A stretch of 64,000 nucleotides of DNA from a plasmid: sequence record CP104424.1; one strand, written 5' to 3'. Positions 18,622-28,136 of this stretch are shown here, in pieces. Numbering within the stretch: the first letter of the stretch is position 1; each line of letters starts with the position of its first letter. A model generated the notes under the pieces. It made no database searches and had not been told where the DNA came from. It saw nothing but the letters and a program-made list of their open reading frames with translations. The position numbers were made by a program, and so were the translations under genes.

Positions 18622-19726
18622 TGTGATACTCCTCGCTATCTGTTGCTTTCAGGAAGAGGCGAACGGAAGTGGCGTCTTTCAGGATGCCGGACGGCAGGTG
18701 CCAGCCGGTATCTGATAACACCCAGGGGGTTCCGCCAAAACCGAACTGGCGGAAAGCCTGGTTATTGACATCGATGGCAGCACGTGCGGCGGTCAGACAC
18801 TGTCCATCCTGTGCGGCCGGTGCATCGCCGGTGGGGGCCATGCCACTGTCAGCGGAATACAGCTGATGCCATCCGGTCGCCCGTTTTTGTGAGTCCGGTT
18901 CACACAGCAGCGGAGCAGTCCGCTTTGTACTGGACTCCCCGCCAATCACGGAGACCGGATAAATCACCACGCTGAATTCCCGGGCCAGTTGCTTAAGCGC
19001 GGGTTCCAGCAGACGGCAGTTGATGCATGCGGGGTCAAGGAAGGCGTACAGCGTGCGTTCATGACCAGTGGACAGGTTAATGGTGAACATCCCCCGGTCT
19101 GCGTTGCGTTTAAGTACTGTGGCCAGATTACGGCGGGCCTCAGCGGCCTGAACGTGTTGTTCTTCCGTCACTGCCGTCGGGGCGGGGGCAGAAGAAGGTT
19201 CCTGCTGTGTGGGAGCCGGGCGGGCCGGGATGCTGTTAACATGATGTTCCGTATGTGGGCGTGGTGTCTCTGTGTCGGTTACTGGTTCAGCTCTCCATTC
19301 CTGAGATGTAGGGTAAGCCAGCGTGGAAGGGGACTCTGCCTTCATCCAGTGGTAACCTGCAACTGTCGCCGGCAGAGCAATTCCGGCGATAAAGCCACAC
19401 ATCAGTGTCCGCCAGAAGCCATTTTTCCGGGAGGGATGTTTTCCTTTTCCGGCATATTCGGCATCCAGGCAGGCATCAATCGCTGAGAGCATTCTGCCGA
19501 TGTGATGTCCGGGACGTTCTGCATCAACGGTATCAACAAGCACCGTTTCAGTTATTTCGCGAAAAGGGGAACTGAAGGACAGGTGCATCAGCCTGTTATT
19601 ACGGTTAATCAGTGCGCCCAGTTCTGTTACCGGCAGGATGGCAATCACCTCCCGATTACCGTCAGGGTACAGGGCGGTCAGGGACAGGTGTTTATTATTC
19701 AGTGTTGCAGTGTAGTGGATGGTCAT
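18602..19726 (-). CDS. trbB: TrbB, thioredoxin-fold disulfide isomerase-like (374 aa)
   Basis: CINC (CxxC) motif; signal/TM N-terminal region; operon position. Confidence 0.8.
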   Translation of the reverse strand: MTIHYTATLNNKHLSLTALYPDGNREVIAILPVTELGALINRNNRLMHLSFSSPFREITETVLVDTVDAERPGHHIGRMLSAIDACLDAEYAGKGKHPSRKNGFWRTLMCGFIAGIALPATVAGYHWMKAESPSTLAYPTSQEWRAEPVTDTETPRPHTEHHVNSIPARPAPTQQEPSSAPAPTAVTEEQHVQAAEARRNLATVLKRNADRGMFTINLSTGHERTLYAFLDPACINCRLLEPALKQLAREFSVVIYPVSVIGGESSTKRTAPLLCEPDSQKRATGWHQLYSADSGMAPTGDAPAAQDGQCLTAARAAIDVNNQAFRQFGFGGTPWVLSDTGWHLPSGILKDATSVRLFLKATDSEEYHNEPAPR

Positions 19727-21066
19727 TGTTCTTTTTCCTTGTCGGCGGGATGCTGTTTTTCGGTGGTTTCGGTGGTTTCGGTGGTTTCGGTGGTTTCGGT
19801 GGTTTCGGTGGTTTCGGTGGTTTCGGTGGTTTCGGTGGTTTCGGTGGTTTCACCAGTGTCAGTGTCTTCGTCGTTATCATGGCGGCGGGGTATCACGTCA
19901 TCCGTGAGTGACCAGCGGGTCCTGATCTGACGTTTACGATCGCGATCTGGCTGAGGTTCGTCCCATATCAGGCCCAGCCCCAGCATGTCCCGTCGAAGCC
20001 CTTCAATGGCCTCTTCCACACAGGGTTCCGGGCAGGGGAGGCCGAGACGGCTGGCTTCATTTTCTGCCCGGGCAACGGCCACCACGCCGGCCCCTTCGAT
20101 GAAGCCTTTTGTGGTGTTTGCCCGGTGAAGGGCATAGAAGAGCGTCCGGTCAACGCCCTTGAGCCACAGCCAGTTGGGGGGCGTCAGGCGCAAATCATGT
20201 GCGTAAAGCCAGACAAGACCGCTGCGAACGTAACGGTGCTGCCTGAGCCACTGTTGTGCGTCTTCTGTTTTTATGACCCGGATAAAGGCGTTTCTGGCCA
20301 GTGAATACACTGGCGTGCTGAAACGCCCCTGGTCCCGCTTGCTTTTGAGTCTGCAGGAGAGGTTGAGGTTATTCATCAGGGAAACAGCCGATTTCCGGTC
20401 CCCAAGGAAGAACTGCAGGCCAAAGACGGCAAAGAGTGCTTTTTCATGTGGAGCCATGTCTTTCCAGGTGGTCAGAGGCTGGCCCAGTTGCGCCATAAAG
20501 CACTGGCGCGTGGCCGCAACATCGAGCTGCATGTTGCGGATAAGGTTGTTCTGCTCCACAAAGGCTTCGGGGGTTAGAGCGACACGGCGCTCGGGACGTT
20601 TTTGTCCGTGGAAGAGTCTGTTGCTGTCTCCGTCAGCCAGAACGGGGGCGATCGCCGGTGACAGTGATGAAAACAGATGTGGCAGCGTGTGGATATTCAG
20701 TGGTCTGCGGGTGAAGCGGGGCTGGGCCGGATGCTGAAACCACATCCACAGAAAGCCGATCGTCATGGGAAGCAGAATCAGCCAGAGGATCCCCACGGTC
20801 TGTGACATGACATCCAGCCACTGGCTGAAAGTGATCGTTGCAGCGTTGTTGGCGGTGTTGGCCAGCAGGTTATAACGGGGGGCGGCAAAATGGTGAAAAG
20901 GCCCCCAGTCAGTCATCCCCCACATTGTGTGCAGGATCAGGCAGGTGGCAAAGACGATGTCGGGTAAAAAGAGCCAGATGAGAAGCGCAAAGAGCAGACA
21001 TATGGTGCCAACGATATACCATATGTTCATCGGGTCTTCTGTTGTGGGGGAGTGTTGGTAAGACAC
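19723..21066 (-). CDS. trbA: TrbA, DotM/IcmP-like membrane protein with C-terminal (TTE)n repeat (447 aa)
   Basis: Multi-TM N-terminus; operon position; C-terminal repeat coded by 19761-19850. Confidence 0.85.
   Translation of the reverse strand: MSYQHSPTTEDPMNIWYIVGTICLLFALLIWLFLPDIVFATCLILHTMWGMTDWGPFHHFAAPRYNLLANTANNAATITFSQWLDVMSQTVGILWLILLPMTIGFLWMWFQHPAQPRFTRRPLNIHTLPHLFSSLSPAIAPVLADGDSNRLFHGQKRPERRVALTPEAFVEQNNLIRNMQLDVAATRQCFMAQLGQPLTTWKDMAPHEKALFAVFGLQFFLGDRKSAVSLMNNLNLSCRLKSKRDQGRFSTPVYSLARNAFIRVIKTEDAQQWLRQHRYVRSGLVWLYAHDLRLTPPNWLWLKGVDRTLFYALHRANTTKGFIEGAGVVAVARAENEASRLGLPCPEPCVEEAIEGLRRDMLGLGLIWDEPQPDRDRKRQIRTRWSLTDDVIPRRHDNDEDTDTGETTETTETTETTETTETTETTETTETTETTEKQHPADKEKEQ
19761..19850. 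repeat. tandem 9-bp repeat (ggtttcggt) x10 inside the trbA 3-prime end
   Basis: Perfect direct repeats; in frame, encoding ETT/TTE. Confidence 0.9.
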
Positions 21067-21204
21067 GAGGATTCCTCCATCGATAAATAGATAAATTTCG
21101 GGATGAGGCTGAGTGGAATTAATGCGAACAATCGCCGGTAATGACCGGGCAGGGCTGAATTCAGCAGGGCATTTTCACAGGAACAGCAGAAGGTGGTGAG
21201 AGAC

Positions 21205-21545
21205 AGGCACAAAAAAGCCGACTGGTGAGGCCGGCTTTTTTGCGATCCCAGGGAGAGTGGGTGGCTCTGGCCCGGAGGAAGTCTCTTTTCAACTAACGTT
21301 ACCAGAATATCGTTATATTCACCTGATCGCAATCTGTTCGTTACAGTCTATTGTTCCGGGAGTAGCGATATCGCCTGAAACAAGTATAATCAGAAAGTTA
21401 GCCTTGTCTGGAGACTTACCTTCGCATCAATCCATTTGCCGTATTTTCGTAAAATTCAACAGGAAATATTCAACGGGAGTGAGAGAACTGCTGTCCGGGG
21501 AGGAGGTACAGACGCAAAAAAACCGACTGGTGAGGCCGGTTTTTT
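21205..21545. repeat. pair of near-identical 45-bp bidirectional terminator hairpins flanking ~290 bp
   Basis: acaaaaaagccgactggtgaggccggcttttttgcgatcc (21208-21247) and gcaaaaaaaccgactggtgaggccggtttttttgcgattcc (21503-21545). Confidence 0.5.
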
Positions 21546-21703
21546 TGCGATTCCGGATCGAAGTTGGTAGCCCTGACCGGAAGATAACTGCCTATAACTG
21601 ACTATGAAATAATACGGCTGAAATAATATTTCTGCAAGCACAGTATAAGTATATACTCGGTGTGTCAGCTTTGAGGCACGTTCTTTCCGGCATATCGTTC
21701 ACC

Positions 21704-21958
21704 GGGATGAACAGGTTGCAAGTCCTGGCCAAAACATCAGGTGGTGCTGGTTTTGGTGCTCTGGCCGGAGAAGAACTGTCTATAACTGACACTATAGAAA
21801 ACGTGGCGACAGGCAATGTAAGGGCAAACCACGGTGTTCTTTCTCCATTGATGGAGAAGCGGATGATTAACCTGTTAATCATCGTTCTCAGGGCGGTTGT
21901 TGCTGTGGCTAACGCAGTGATAGCTCTCCTGGAACTGATCCGGGAACTGGTTGACTGA
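21704..21958 (+). CDS. small hydrophobic hypothetical protein (84 aa)
   Basis: C-terminal helix MINLLIIVLRAVVAVANAVIALLELIRELVD; followed by hairpin aagggcagagggtcaccgccttctgccctt (21978-22011). Confidence 0.3.
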   Translation, partial: GMNRLQVLAKTSGGAGFGALAGEELSITDTIENVATGNVRANHGVLSPLMEKRMINLLIIVLRAVVAVANAVIALLELIRELVD

Positions 21959-22020
21959 TAATCCCGGAAACGTACTTAAGGGCAGAGGGTCACCGCCTTC
22001 TGCCCTTTAACAAAATATGC

Positions 22021-22197
22021 TCAGGTTAAAAATCGAAAACCTTCCTGCACTTCCTGTGCCTGTTCCCGTGAGTCAAACATGAGCCGGCTTTTACCCGGAA
22101 CTCCCCAGGAAATATATTCTACATCCACCCACCATTTTCCGTATTCTTCATACGGTCCGGATATCACTTTAGTGACAAATGCATCAACCAGGTTCAT
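22021..22197 (-). CDS. unlisted small ORF (58 aa) downstream of nuc
   Basis: RBS aaggtg 6 nt before ATG (complement of 22195-22197); MNLVDAFVTKVISGPYEEYGKWWVDVEYISWGVPGKSRLMFDSREQAQEVQEGFRFLT; below the 60-aa track cutoff. Confidence 0.35.
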   Translation of the reverse strand: MNLVDAFVTKVISGPYEEYGKWWVDVEYISWGVPGKSRLMFDSREQAQEVQEGFRFLT

Positions 22198-22346
22198 TTT
22201 TACACCTTTCTGTTATTCTGCTTATTACGACCAGCAGACAGCAAATATTAAAAATAACGCGGCGGTAAAAATGGCAATTTTTTCCATGCTGTATTTTTGC
22301 CATTTATTTTCTTTGAAATGGTTTTTTTCTTCATATCAGCAAATAA

Positions 22347-22814
22347 TTATTTCTTATTCTGTTTTCTCCAGGTCCATGGTGGTACCGGATTTTTATCTGC
22401 CCATAATCCCCGCTTCAGGGCGCGGGCATCACGCTGGAGCGGCGGGAGAGTATAGTCATTATTGTAGTCCGGGTACACCCAGGCAGCGCCGTTACGGACC
22501 TGCCAGCGATTTGCTTCTGTGCCGTCAGCGGTATAGACCCGGCCGAGAATACGGCCATACCTGTCTGTCTGCGCGTATTGCACGGTTACGGGCTTTCCGG
22601 CCACCAGGTCCTTCAGCTGAGTGGCTGACCAGCGTCCAAAGGGCTGTTTCTTTTCCGGTGCATCAATATTAGCCAGACGGACCCTGACAGGCTTTTTGTC
22701 CTGTAATATTTCCAGCGTATCACCATCAAGAACGCGGATGACGTGCCCCTGAATCTGTGCGGCACAGAGAGAAGCGGAAAAAATAATGGTGAGTGAAAAG
22801 ATATATTTTATCAT
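22347..22814 (-). CDS. nuc: secreted thermonuclease (staphylococcal nuclease family)
   Basis: Signal peptide MIKYIFSLTIIFSASLCAA; SNase motifs VIRVLDGDTL...RLANIDAPE...YGRILGRVY. Confidence 0.9.
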   Translation of the reverse strand: MIKYIFSLTIIFSASLCAAQIQGHVIRVLDGDTLEILQDKKPVRVRLANIDAPEKKQPFGRWSATQLKDLVAGKPVTVQYAQTDRYGRILGRVYTADGTEANRWQVRNGAAWVYPDYNNDYTLPPLQRDARALKRGLWADKNPVPPWTWRKQNKK

Positions 22815-22915
22815 TTCATCGTCTCCTTTTTATTTATGAAAACAGGTGCAATTAATATTGCGAAATAATAACGTTCAGGTGTTTTTTTTTGGCAGTGTGA
22901 TACTTCACGCAGGGC

Positions 22916-23596
22916 ATGAATTCCAGTACGCTGATATCCGTGATGATACGGCAACAGATATCCGGTGACGGTATGCAGGAACATATTGATTATCAGATTG
23001 AGAAATATCAGTTCAGGGCCAGGAATGAGTCACCGCGACTGATGCGCCAGTGGGAAGATGTCATGCGTGAATGCCATGATACCGGAGCAGGAGCCAGGGA
23101 GCGGCTGCGGATTGCCTTACTTAATGTTGATTATGTGACCAGTTTTGAACTGCCGTTTCGTCTGCTGTTAACCCGGACACCGCAGATGATTGACAGCGTG
23201 CGGCGGGAATGGCAGCTCAGCCAGAAAAAAGTCGTATTCAATGAGCGGCAGCGGGGATGTGTATACAGTCTGCAGAATGACTTATCCGGCGTGCCGGATA
23301 GCTTCAGTTACAGTCTTGCGACGCGAATACGGCGGGCGGACAGCTATGGCATGACGACGCGTTGTTTCACTGATATAGCCGGGCAGGTTAAAGCCCCGAC
23401 AGCACGGCTGAAACTGGCGCTGGAAAGCGGGTTAATTGTCACCGCGCTGGATGGTCTGTTCTGGCTTGGTATTCAACGTATTGCCGCAGATGTGCAGCGG
23501 CTGCGTCAGTCCGGAATGACAATCATCACCCGGGATGTTGAGGTCTCAGACTCGCTGACCGGAACCACACGGGTTGTTTCCGGGTACAGCCTTTGA
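22916..23596 (+). CDS. hypothetical protein (226 aa; alternative start 22973)
   Basis: Divergent from nuc; no recognisable motif. Confidence 0.45.
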   Translation: MNSSTLISVMIRQQISGDGMQEHIDYQIEKYQFRARNESPRLMRQWEDVMRECHDTGAGARERLRIALLNVDYVTSFELPFRLLLTRTPQMIDSVRREWQLSQKKVVFNERQRGCVYSLQNDLSGVPDSFSYSLATRIRRADSYGMTTRCFTDIAGQVKAPTARLKLALESGLIVTALDGLFWLGIQRIAADVQRLRQSGMTIITRDVEVSDSLTGTTRVVSGYSL

Positions 23597-23797
23597 TTTA
23601 TGCAACAAAGTATCGCAGCGTCGAATATGAGCTATGGCCAGATTTTTGTTAATCGTGGTTGTTGCAACATGTAAGGCGAATGACCACACTATTCTGGCAC
23701 GCTCGTAATCATGCTGAAATTCTGCTTCCTGTCCTGCCGTGATGAGTTCCGACCAGGACATACGGCGAAGTGTATGTCTGTCAGTAATATCCGTCAT
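23546..23797 (-). CDS. small putative regulatory protein (83 aa; PerC/ANR-like guess)
   Basis: Compact minus-strand operon of small ORFs; family call is weak. Confidence 0.35.
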   Translation of the reverse strand: MTDITDRHTLRRMSWSELITAGQEAEFQHDYERARIVWSFALHVATTTINKNLAIAHIRRCDTLLHKSKAVPGNNPCGSGQRV

Positions 23798-24009
23798 GAG
23801 CTCTCAGCCTCCTCCTTCGTATTTCCGTCAGAAACACAAACGCCCCGCAGAGAAAATTCGCCAACATTCTCCTTTTTAATGGCGCGCAATGCATCGCGGC
23901 AGGCCCGTTCGGTATGAAAGGCCTGGCTGTGCACCGCCAGTGTGGGCTGACGGGCATCACCGGAAGAGACATTAAAGGGCGATGAAAGCCAGAAAATCAG
24001 TAGCCACAT
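23794..24009 (-). CDS. small hypothetical protein (71 aa) with hydrophobic N-terminus
   Basis: MWLLIFWLSSPFNVSSG... ; overlaps neighbouring ORFs by 4 nt. Confidence 0.4.
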   Translation of the reverse strand: MWLLIFWLSSPFNVSSGDARQPTLAVHSQAFHTERACRDALRAIKKENVGEFSLRGVCVSDGNTKEEAESS

Positions 24010-24012
24010 GCG

Positions 24013-24396
24013 TCACACCTCGTCCTTTTTATGCGGGTATCTGGACAGAATATTGAGCGCCTGTAATGGCGCTTCATGCATTTCACGGATACAACGGGCA
24101 TCGGTGATATTTTCCCGGTAATGTGTGGTTTCCAGCATCATATGATGCATATGGAGCATCCGGGCCAGGGCTGCGCGGAGTTCTTCAATATGTTGTTCAT
24201 GGGAATGCTGGCGGGGCTGTATCCGGCAGAGAGGGATAACCTCCACATCATCCGGGTGCGCGCGAAGCCACGCGTCAGTGACTGCAATGTCGTCAGTGTA
24301 AAACCATGTGCCGGATGTCCCGTTGGCCAGAAAACGCATTTTCCAGGTTTCTGGGGTGGCGGTTGTGTTGTTATCTTTCATGGTGCTACCACTCAT
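24013..24396 (-). CDS. hypothetical protein (127 aa; likely start at MKDNN, 24381)
   Basis: Histidine-rich segment MLHMHHMMLETTHY; same operon. Confidence 0.45.
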   Translation of the reverse strand: MSGSTMKDNNTTATPETWKMRFLANGTSGTWFYTDDIAVTDAWLRAHPDDVEVIPLCRIQPRQHSHEQHIEELRAALARMLHMHHMMLETTHYRENITDARCIREMHEAPLQALNILSRYPHKKDEV

Positions 24397-24671
24397 TCAA
24401 CAGGCTTAATGCTGTCCAGGCGCAGTCTGCTCAGACTGTCGTGGCTGCCACAGCGGCGTCCAGTGCTTTTGCTGTAGCACTCCTGCCCCCTGATACACCA
24501 TGCCGTTGGCGTTTCGTAGAGGCTGACACGTCGGGTTTTATCTTTAATGATGAGAAGCCCGGTGTGAGTTTTTGTCTTTTTCATCGGTGGGGTACAAACG
24601 CAGAAATTTTGTTGTCATCAGTTTTTGCCTGCAGAGGCCTGAAAAGACAGCGTTTTCAGGCCCTGTTCAGG

Positions 24672-24914
24672 TTAGTGAATATTCTTGCCTGGCTTTTCGG
24701 CAATATCAATCCCCTGAAGTTGCATGGATATCCCATGCCCATTGAGCATCTGGCTGTCCATGGAATGGATACCGCATGTCATCATCAGGTTGTAACAAAG
24801 CGTACTCAGCATGGTGAGCGCCTCTTCTGAGGATTTACAATGTGTATTCATAAGGGCCAGAAACTGCTCAACAACATCCGGGTTAATGCTGGTACTGTGT
24901 ATTTCATCCTTCAT
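24672..24914 (-). CDS. hypothetical protein (80 aa)
   Basis: RBS aagga then ATG (complement of 24912-24914); first gene of the small-ORF operon. Confidence 0.45.
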   Translation of the reverse strand: MKDEIHSTSINPDVVEQFLALMNTHCKSSEEALTMLSTLCYNLMMTCGIHSMDSQMLNGHGISMQLQGIDIAEKPGKNIH

Positions 24915-25095
24915 GATGTGTCCTTGTTTTTTATTATTTTGCATTTCAGAAAATAACACGATGCCTGCAGCCCGGAAAACAGATGTGTGCACACGTAGTC
25001 ACTTTCCGGCTTTATTTCTGTCCCTGACACAAAATACGTGGTGGCATGAAAAGGATTGTGGCGGACAGGAAAACGATTAGAATAGCGGCGGGCGC

Positions 25096-25389
25096 TTGAG
25101 GCTGTATGCCGAAAGCGTTTTGTGGACGGCATGTAGCAGAAAGCCCCAGGCGATTTTTTTATCAATCAACCCAGGGCCCACTGTAATGCCTCAACAACAT
25201 TATAGTAGCCCGATGACGGCCGAAAGGCAATGGAGGGGCTGCGATGCCACAACGAACGTTTTTAATGATGTTAATCGTCGTCTGTGTGACGATACTGTGT
25301 TTTGTCTGGATGGTGAGGGATTCGCTTTGCGGATTTCGTATCGAGCAGGGAAATACGGTGCTTGTGGCAACGTTAGCCTACGAAGTTAA
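25096..25389 (+). CDS. pndC: PndC (mok-like overlapping reading frame of the hok-family module)
   Basis: Overlaps pndA in another frame, as in hok/mok. Confidence 0.45.
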   Translation: MRLYAESVLWTACSRKPQAIFLSINPGPTVMPQQHYSSPMTAERQWRGCDATTNVFNDVNRRLCDDTVFCLDGEGFALRISYRAGKYGACGNVSLRS

Positions 25390-25396
25390 ACGTTAA
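25244..25396 (+). CDS. pndA: PndA, Hok/Gef-family membrane toxin (50 aa)
   Basis: MPQRTFLMMLIVVCVTILCFVWMVRDSLCGFRIEQGNTVLVATLAYEVKR. Confidence 0.9.
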   Translation: MPQRTFLMMLIVVCVTILCFVWMVRDSLCGFRIEQGNTVLVATLAYEVKR

Positions 25397-25402
25397 CGGG
25401 CA

Positions 25403-25432
25403 ACACGGCGGCAGGACATCTGCCGCCGGATT
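25403..25432 (+). terminator. pnd mRNA 3-prime hairpin
   Basis: cggcggcaggacatctgccgccgg. Confidence 0.55.
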
Positions 25433-25533
25433 GTTGCGAAGGCTGACCTCAATGCGCCTTGTTTGTCTTTTTTACCGGACGACTGCTGGTTGCTGCTGTC
25501 CGGCAGCTATTATTTTTTCCGTCCTGTGCGTCA

Positions 25534-27080
25534 TCAATTATGACAGTCGCTCTCATTTGGTTGTCTCTGGTTAGATGTATTATTAGATATTTTCGGGGTA
25601 ATTCGATAAAAGTTATCCACTTCAGCACCAGACTGAATGATATATGCAATAAGATCTAAACGATGAATCTCGTATCGTGTACGTAACTCCATCATTTCAC
25701 GCCATGCTAAAATCCTTGATGTTTTCAGTTCAGCCTCTATAAGTTTCCATGTGTTTGTTGAGATGGCATGTTCTTCCAGCTGACGTAACGAGAACCTATC
25801 ACTAATGACCAACCATCCCCATCCTCGAGTATGTGCCCATTTGCGACCTGCATTACTTTTTATTCTCGTGAGACTCAAGGTCATTCGGTCTGTTGGCTTC
25901 ACTTCCATAAGTAGGCACCGACCATCAACTGTCGCAATGAGTAAATCTGGATAGTATTTTTTTGATTTGTTTTTAAAACAATATGGAATAGAAAATGGTT
26001 GTTCTTGATAGAAAAGAACCTGATCGCAACATTCTAATAGATTCATTATTTTAAACTCAAGCCCTGATTCGTACTGGACTGTACGACCTAATTTTTGAGA
26101 GTAAAAGAATCCAGATATGTCAGTATCATTAACCGCTCTCTGTGAACATAGCTGTTCTACGGGGGGAGGAGGTGCGATATATTTTGGCCAATGTGTATTG
26201 TCTAGCCATTTACTGAATATGAACTCAACTCTTTCTTTCTTGATTCGGGCTCTTTCCTGAGCGTGAGCGTGTGCTAATTCTGCTCTTCGTTCACGTAACT
26301 TCTGCTTTTGTAATTGTGATATTAATGAGAGCGAATTTTTTATTTCATCTCGTCTTGCTTTAGGAATGCCTGCGGCAAAAATGATGAATTTGGCGGCTAA
26401 CTCAGAGGATGTAACGAAATCCCGATGAACAATACGATAAATCCATACTGCTATATCATATGGTGAATTACCTATTGAGTTAATAAGGGCTTTAAGGCAA
26501 GCTCCAGGTGTCCCTTCATAGCGAGATTTAGCAGCTAGTAAGCCAAGGGCTCGTTCCTGAAGTTGTCTTACCCTTTCACGGGAAATTCCTAATTTGACGG
26601 CAATATCTGCCAGAGAATGAGGTGAATCATCTGTGCCGAGTCGCATTAGAAGAATATATTGATGTCGTTTATTAGATAAACTTTCGATAGCAGAATGAAT
26701 TAGCATAATGACATCATGTTCATCGGCTATATAATCTTTAAAATCTGTATTGGGTTGGCAGAGGGGGAGTGGGGTATTTTGTTTAAAACTATTCTTTTGT
26801 ATTTCAACTTTATCATGAGCAATTGTTTTTGCAGTGCTCAATGATATTAAATTATTGATGATACTATTGTGTTCTTGGCGAGGAATCTTGTTGAAGTAAT
26901 TGCTGAGATCATTCACCGTGTTTATATCGTTGAACTCAAGAAACTCAGAAGGAAGCAGGCGTTTGATTGCTCCACGTATTCCCCCGGACGATCGTTGATG
27001 TGTTTGAGTAAGTTTTTTTAGCGAGACGCCCTCCGCTATGGATACGAGAAGACGCTGTAACTCTTCAGTATTCCATGGAG
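25534..27080 (-). pseudogene. IS1-disrupted gene: sigma-70-region-4-like HTH plus TnsA-like PD-(D/E)xK nuclease domain (C-terminal ~513 codons)
   Basis: HTH motif LADIAVKLGISRERVRQLQERALGLL (~26526-26690); nuclease core ...SGLEFKIMNLLECC...FYQEQPFSIPY...KKYYPDLLIATVDGRCLLMEVKP...RGWGWLVISD (~25785-26073) resembles the TnsA endonuclease N-terminal fold; AT-rich relative to backbone; reading frame continues into the IS1 end. Confidence 0.6.
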
Positions 27081-27135
27081 GGTAATGCTGCCAACTTACT
27101 GATTTAGTGTATGATGGTGATTTTAAGGTGCTTGC

Positions 27136-27411
27136 GTGGCTTCCATTTCCATCAGATGTCCTTCCTGCTCCGCTACTGAAGGCGTGGTGCGTAACGGCAA
27201 AAGCACTGCCGGACATCAGCGCTATCTCTGCTCTCATTGCCGTAAAACATGGCAACTACAGTTCACTTACACCGCCTCTCAGCCCGGTACGCACCAGAAA
27301 ATCATTGATATGGCCATGAATGGCGTCGGATGTCGCGCCAGTGCACGCATTATGGGCGTTGGCCTCAACACGGTTTTACGTCACTTAAAAAACTCAGGCC
27401 GCAGTCGGTAA
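27136..27411 (+). CDS. insA: IS1 InsA
   Basis: [43 protein letters not shown]... Confidence 0.95.
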   Translation: MASISIRCPSCSATEGVVRNGKSTAGHQRYLCSHCRKTWQLQFTYTASQPGTHQKIIDMAMNGVGCRASARIMGVGLNTVLRHLKNSGRSR

Positions 27412-27833
27412 CCTCGCGCATACAACCGGGCAGTGATGTGATTGTCTGCGCTGAAATGGACGAACAGTGGGGCTACGTCGGTGCTAAATCACGTCAGCGC
27501 TGGCTGTTTTACGCGTATGACAGGATACGGAGGACGGTTGTGGCGCACGTCTTCGGTGAACGCACTCTGGCCACACTGGAGCGTCTTCTGAGCCTGCTGT
27601 CGGCCTTTGAGGTCGTGGTATGGATGACGGATGGCTGGCCGCTGTATGAATCACGCCTGAAGGGAAAGCTGCACGTTATCAGCAAGCGTTACACTCAGCG
27701 CATTGAGCGACATAATCTGAATCTGAGACAACATCTGGCAAGGCTGGGACGGAAGTCACTGTCGTTCTCAAAATCGGTGGAGCTGCATGACAAGGTCATC
27801 GGGCATTATCTGAACATAAAACACTATCAGTAA
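27330..27833 (+). CDS. insB: IS1 InsB (expressed as InsAB' by -1 frameshift)
   Basis: 167-aa frame with IS1 transposase DDE region. Confidence 0.9.
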   Translation: MSRQCTHYGRWPQHGFTSLKKLRPQSVTSRIQPGSDVIVCAEMDEQWGYVGAKSRQRWLFYAYDRIRRTVVAHVFGERTLATLERLLSLLSAFEVVVWMTDGWPLYESRLKGKLHVISKRYTQRIERHNLNLRQHLARLGRKSLSFSKSVELHDKVIGHYLNIKHYQ

Positions 27834-27849
27834 GTTGGAGTCATTACCT

Positions 27850-27897
27850 CCATGGAGTACCATGTCGTGCTGGAAAATTGCTGCGGGATTCAGACAT
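27850..27897 (-). pseudogene. N-terminal 16 codons (MSESRSNFPARHGTPW) of the IS1-split HTH-nuclease gene
   Basis: Joining complement(27858..27897) to complement(..27071) across the IS1+TSD restores a continuous frame ...RHGTPWNTEELQRLL...; AT-rich promoter-like DNA upstream. Confidence 0.5.
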
Positions 27898-28099
27898 GAT
27901 TTTATCTTTATGTTTTCTAGGTACTGCCTTGAGTGTGTGGATATGATAATTATTTATAATGATATTGTTATCTTTTATAGATAACTGATATGCAGAATTG
28001 TATTGATTTTGTCTACAGTGGGCAAGACAGTGCTAAGAATTTGTGGGGAAAACATAGAGACTCCATGCGGCGTCCTGAGATAGACGGCAGACAGGCATT

Positions 28100-28136
28100 C
28101 TGCCTGAAAAGAAAAAGCCGGTTCAGAGAAAACCGG
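28100..28136 (-). terminator. terminator downstream of excA
   Basis: Minus strand gccggttttctctgaaccggc followed by tttttctttt. Confidence 0.55.

Larger units (their letters stand above)
27081..27848 (+). mobile_element. IS1: IS1 (768 bp) with 9-bp target site duplication TCCATGGAG (27072-27080 and 27849-27857)
   Basis: Ends ggtaatgctgccaacttactgat... / ...cagtaagttggagtcattacc; insA 27136-27411; insB 27330-27833; frameshift motif ttaaaaaac. Confidence 0.95.

Noticed and set aside
19612-19911. ORFs in alternative frames across the trbA microsatellite (FGG and WFR repeats), and the idea of a CRISPR-like array
   Set aside because: The 9-bp units are contiguous with no spacers and are in frame within trbA. 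They are a coding VNTR, not CRISPR or independent genes.
22079-22672. 197-aa + strand ORF
   Set aside because: It is antisense to and overlaps the well-supported nuc gene, with no RBS.
24306-24830. 174-aa + strand ORF and the 24393-24584 minus ORF
   Set aside because: The + ORF is antisense to the compact minus-strand small-gene operon. The 63-aa minus ORF overlaps orf127 out of frame. Both have low coding plausibility.
27081-27255. Treating the 573-aa ORF starting at the ATG inside IS1 (27255) as the native protein
   Set aside because: Its first ~58 codons are the reverse strand of the IS1 terminus. The native N-terminus lies beyond the IS1 (27850-27897) and joins precisely across the insertion.
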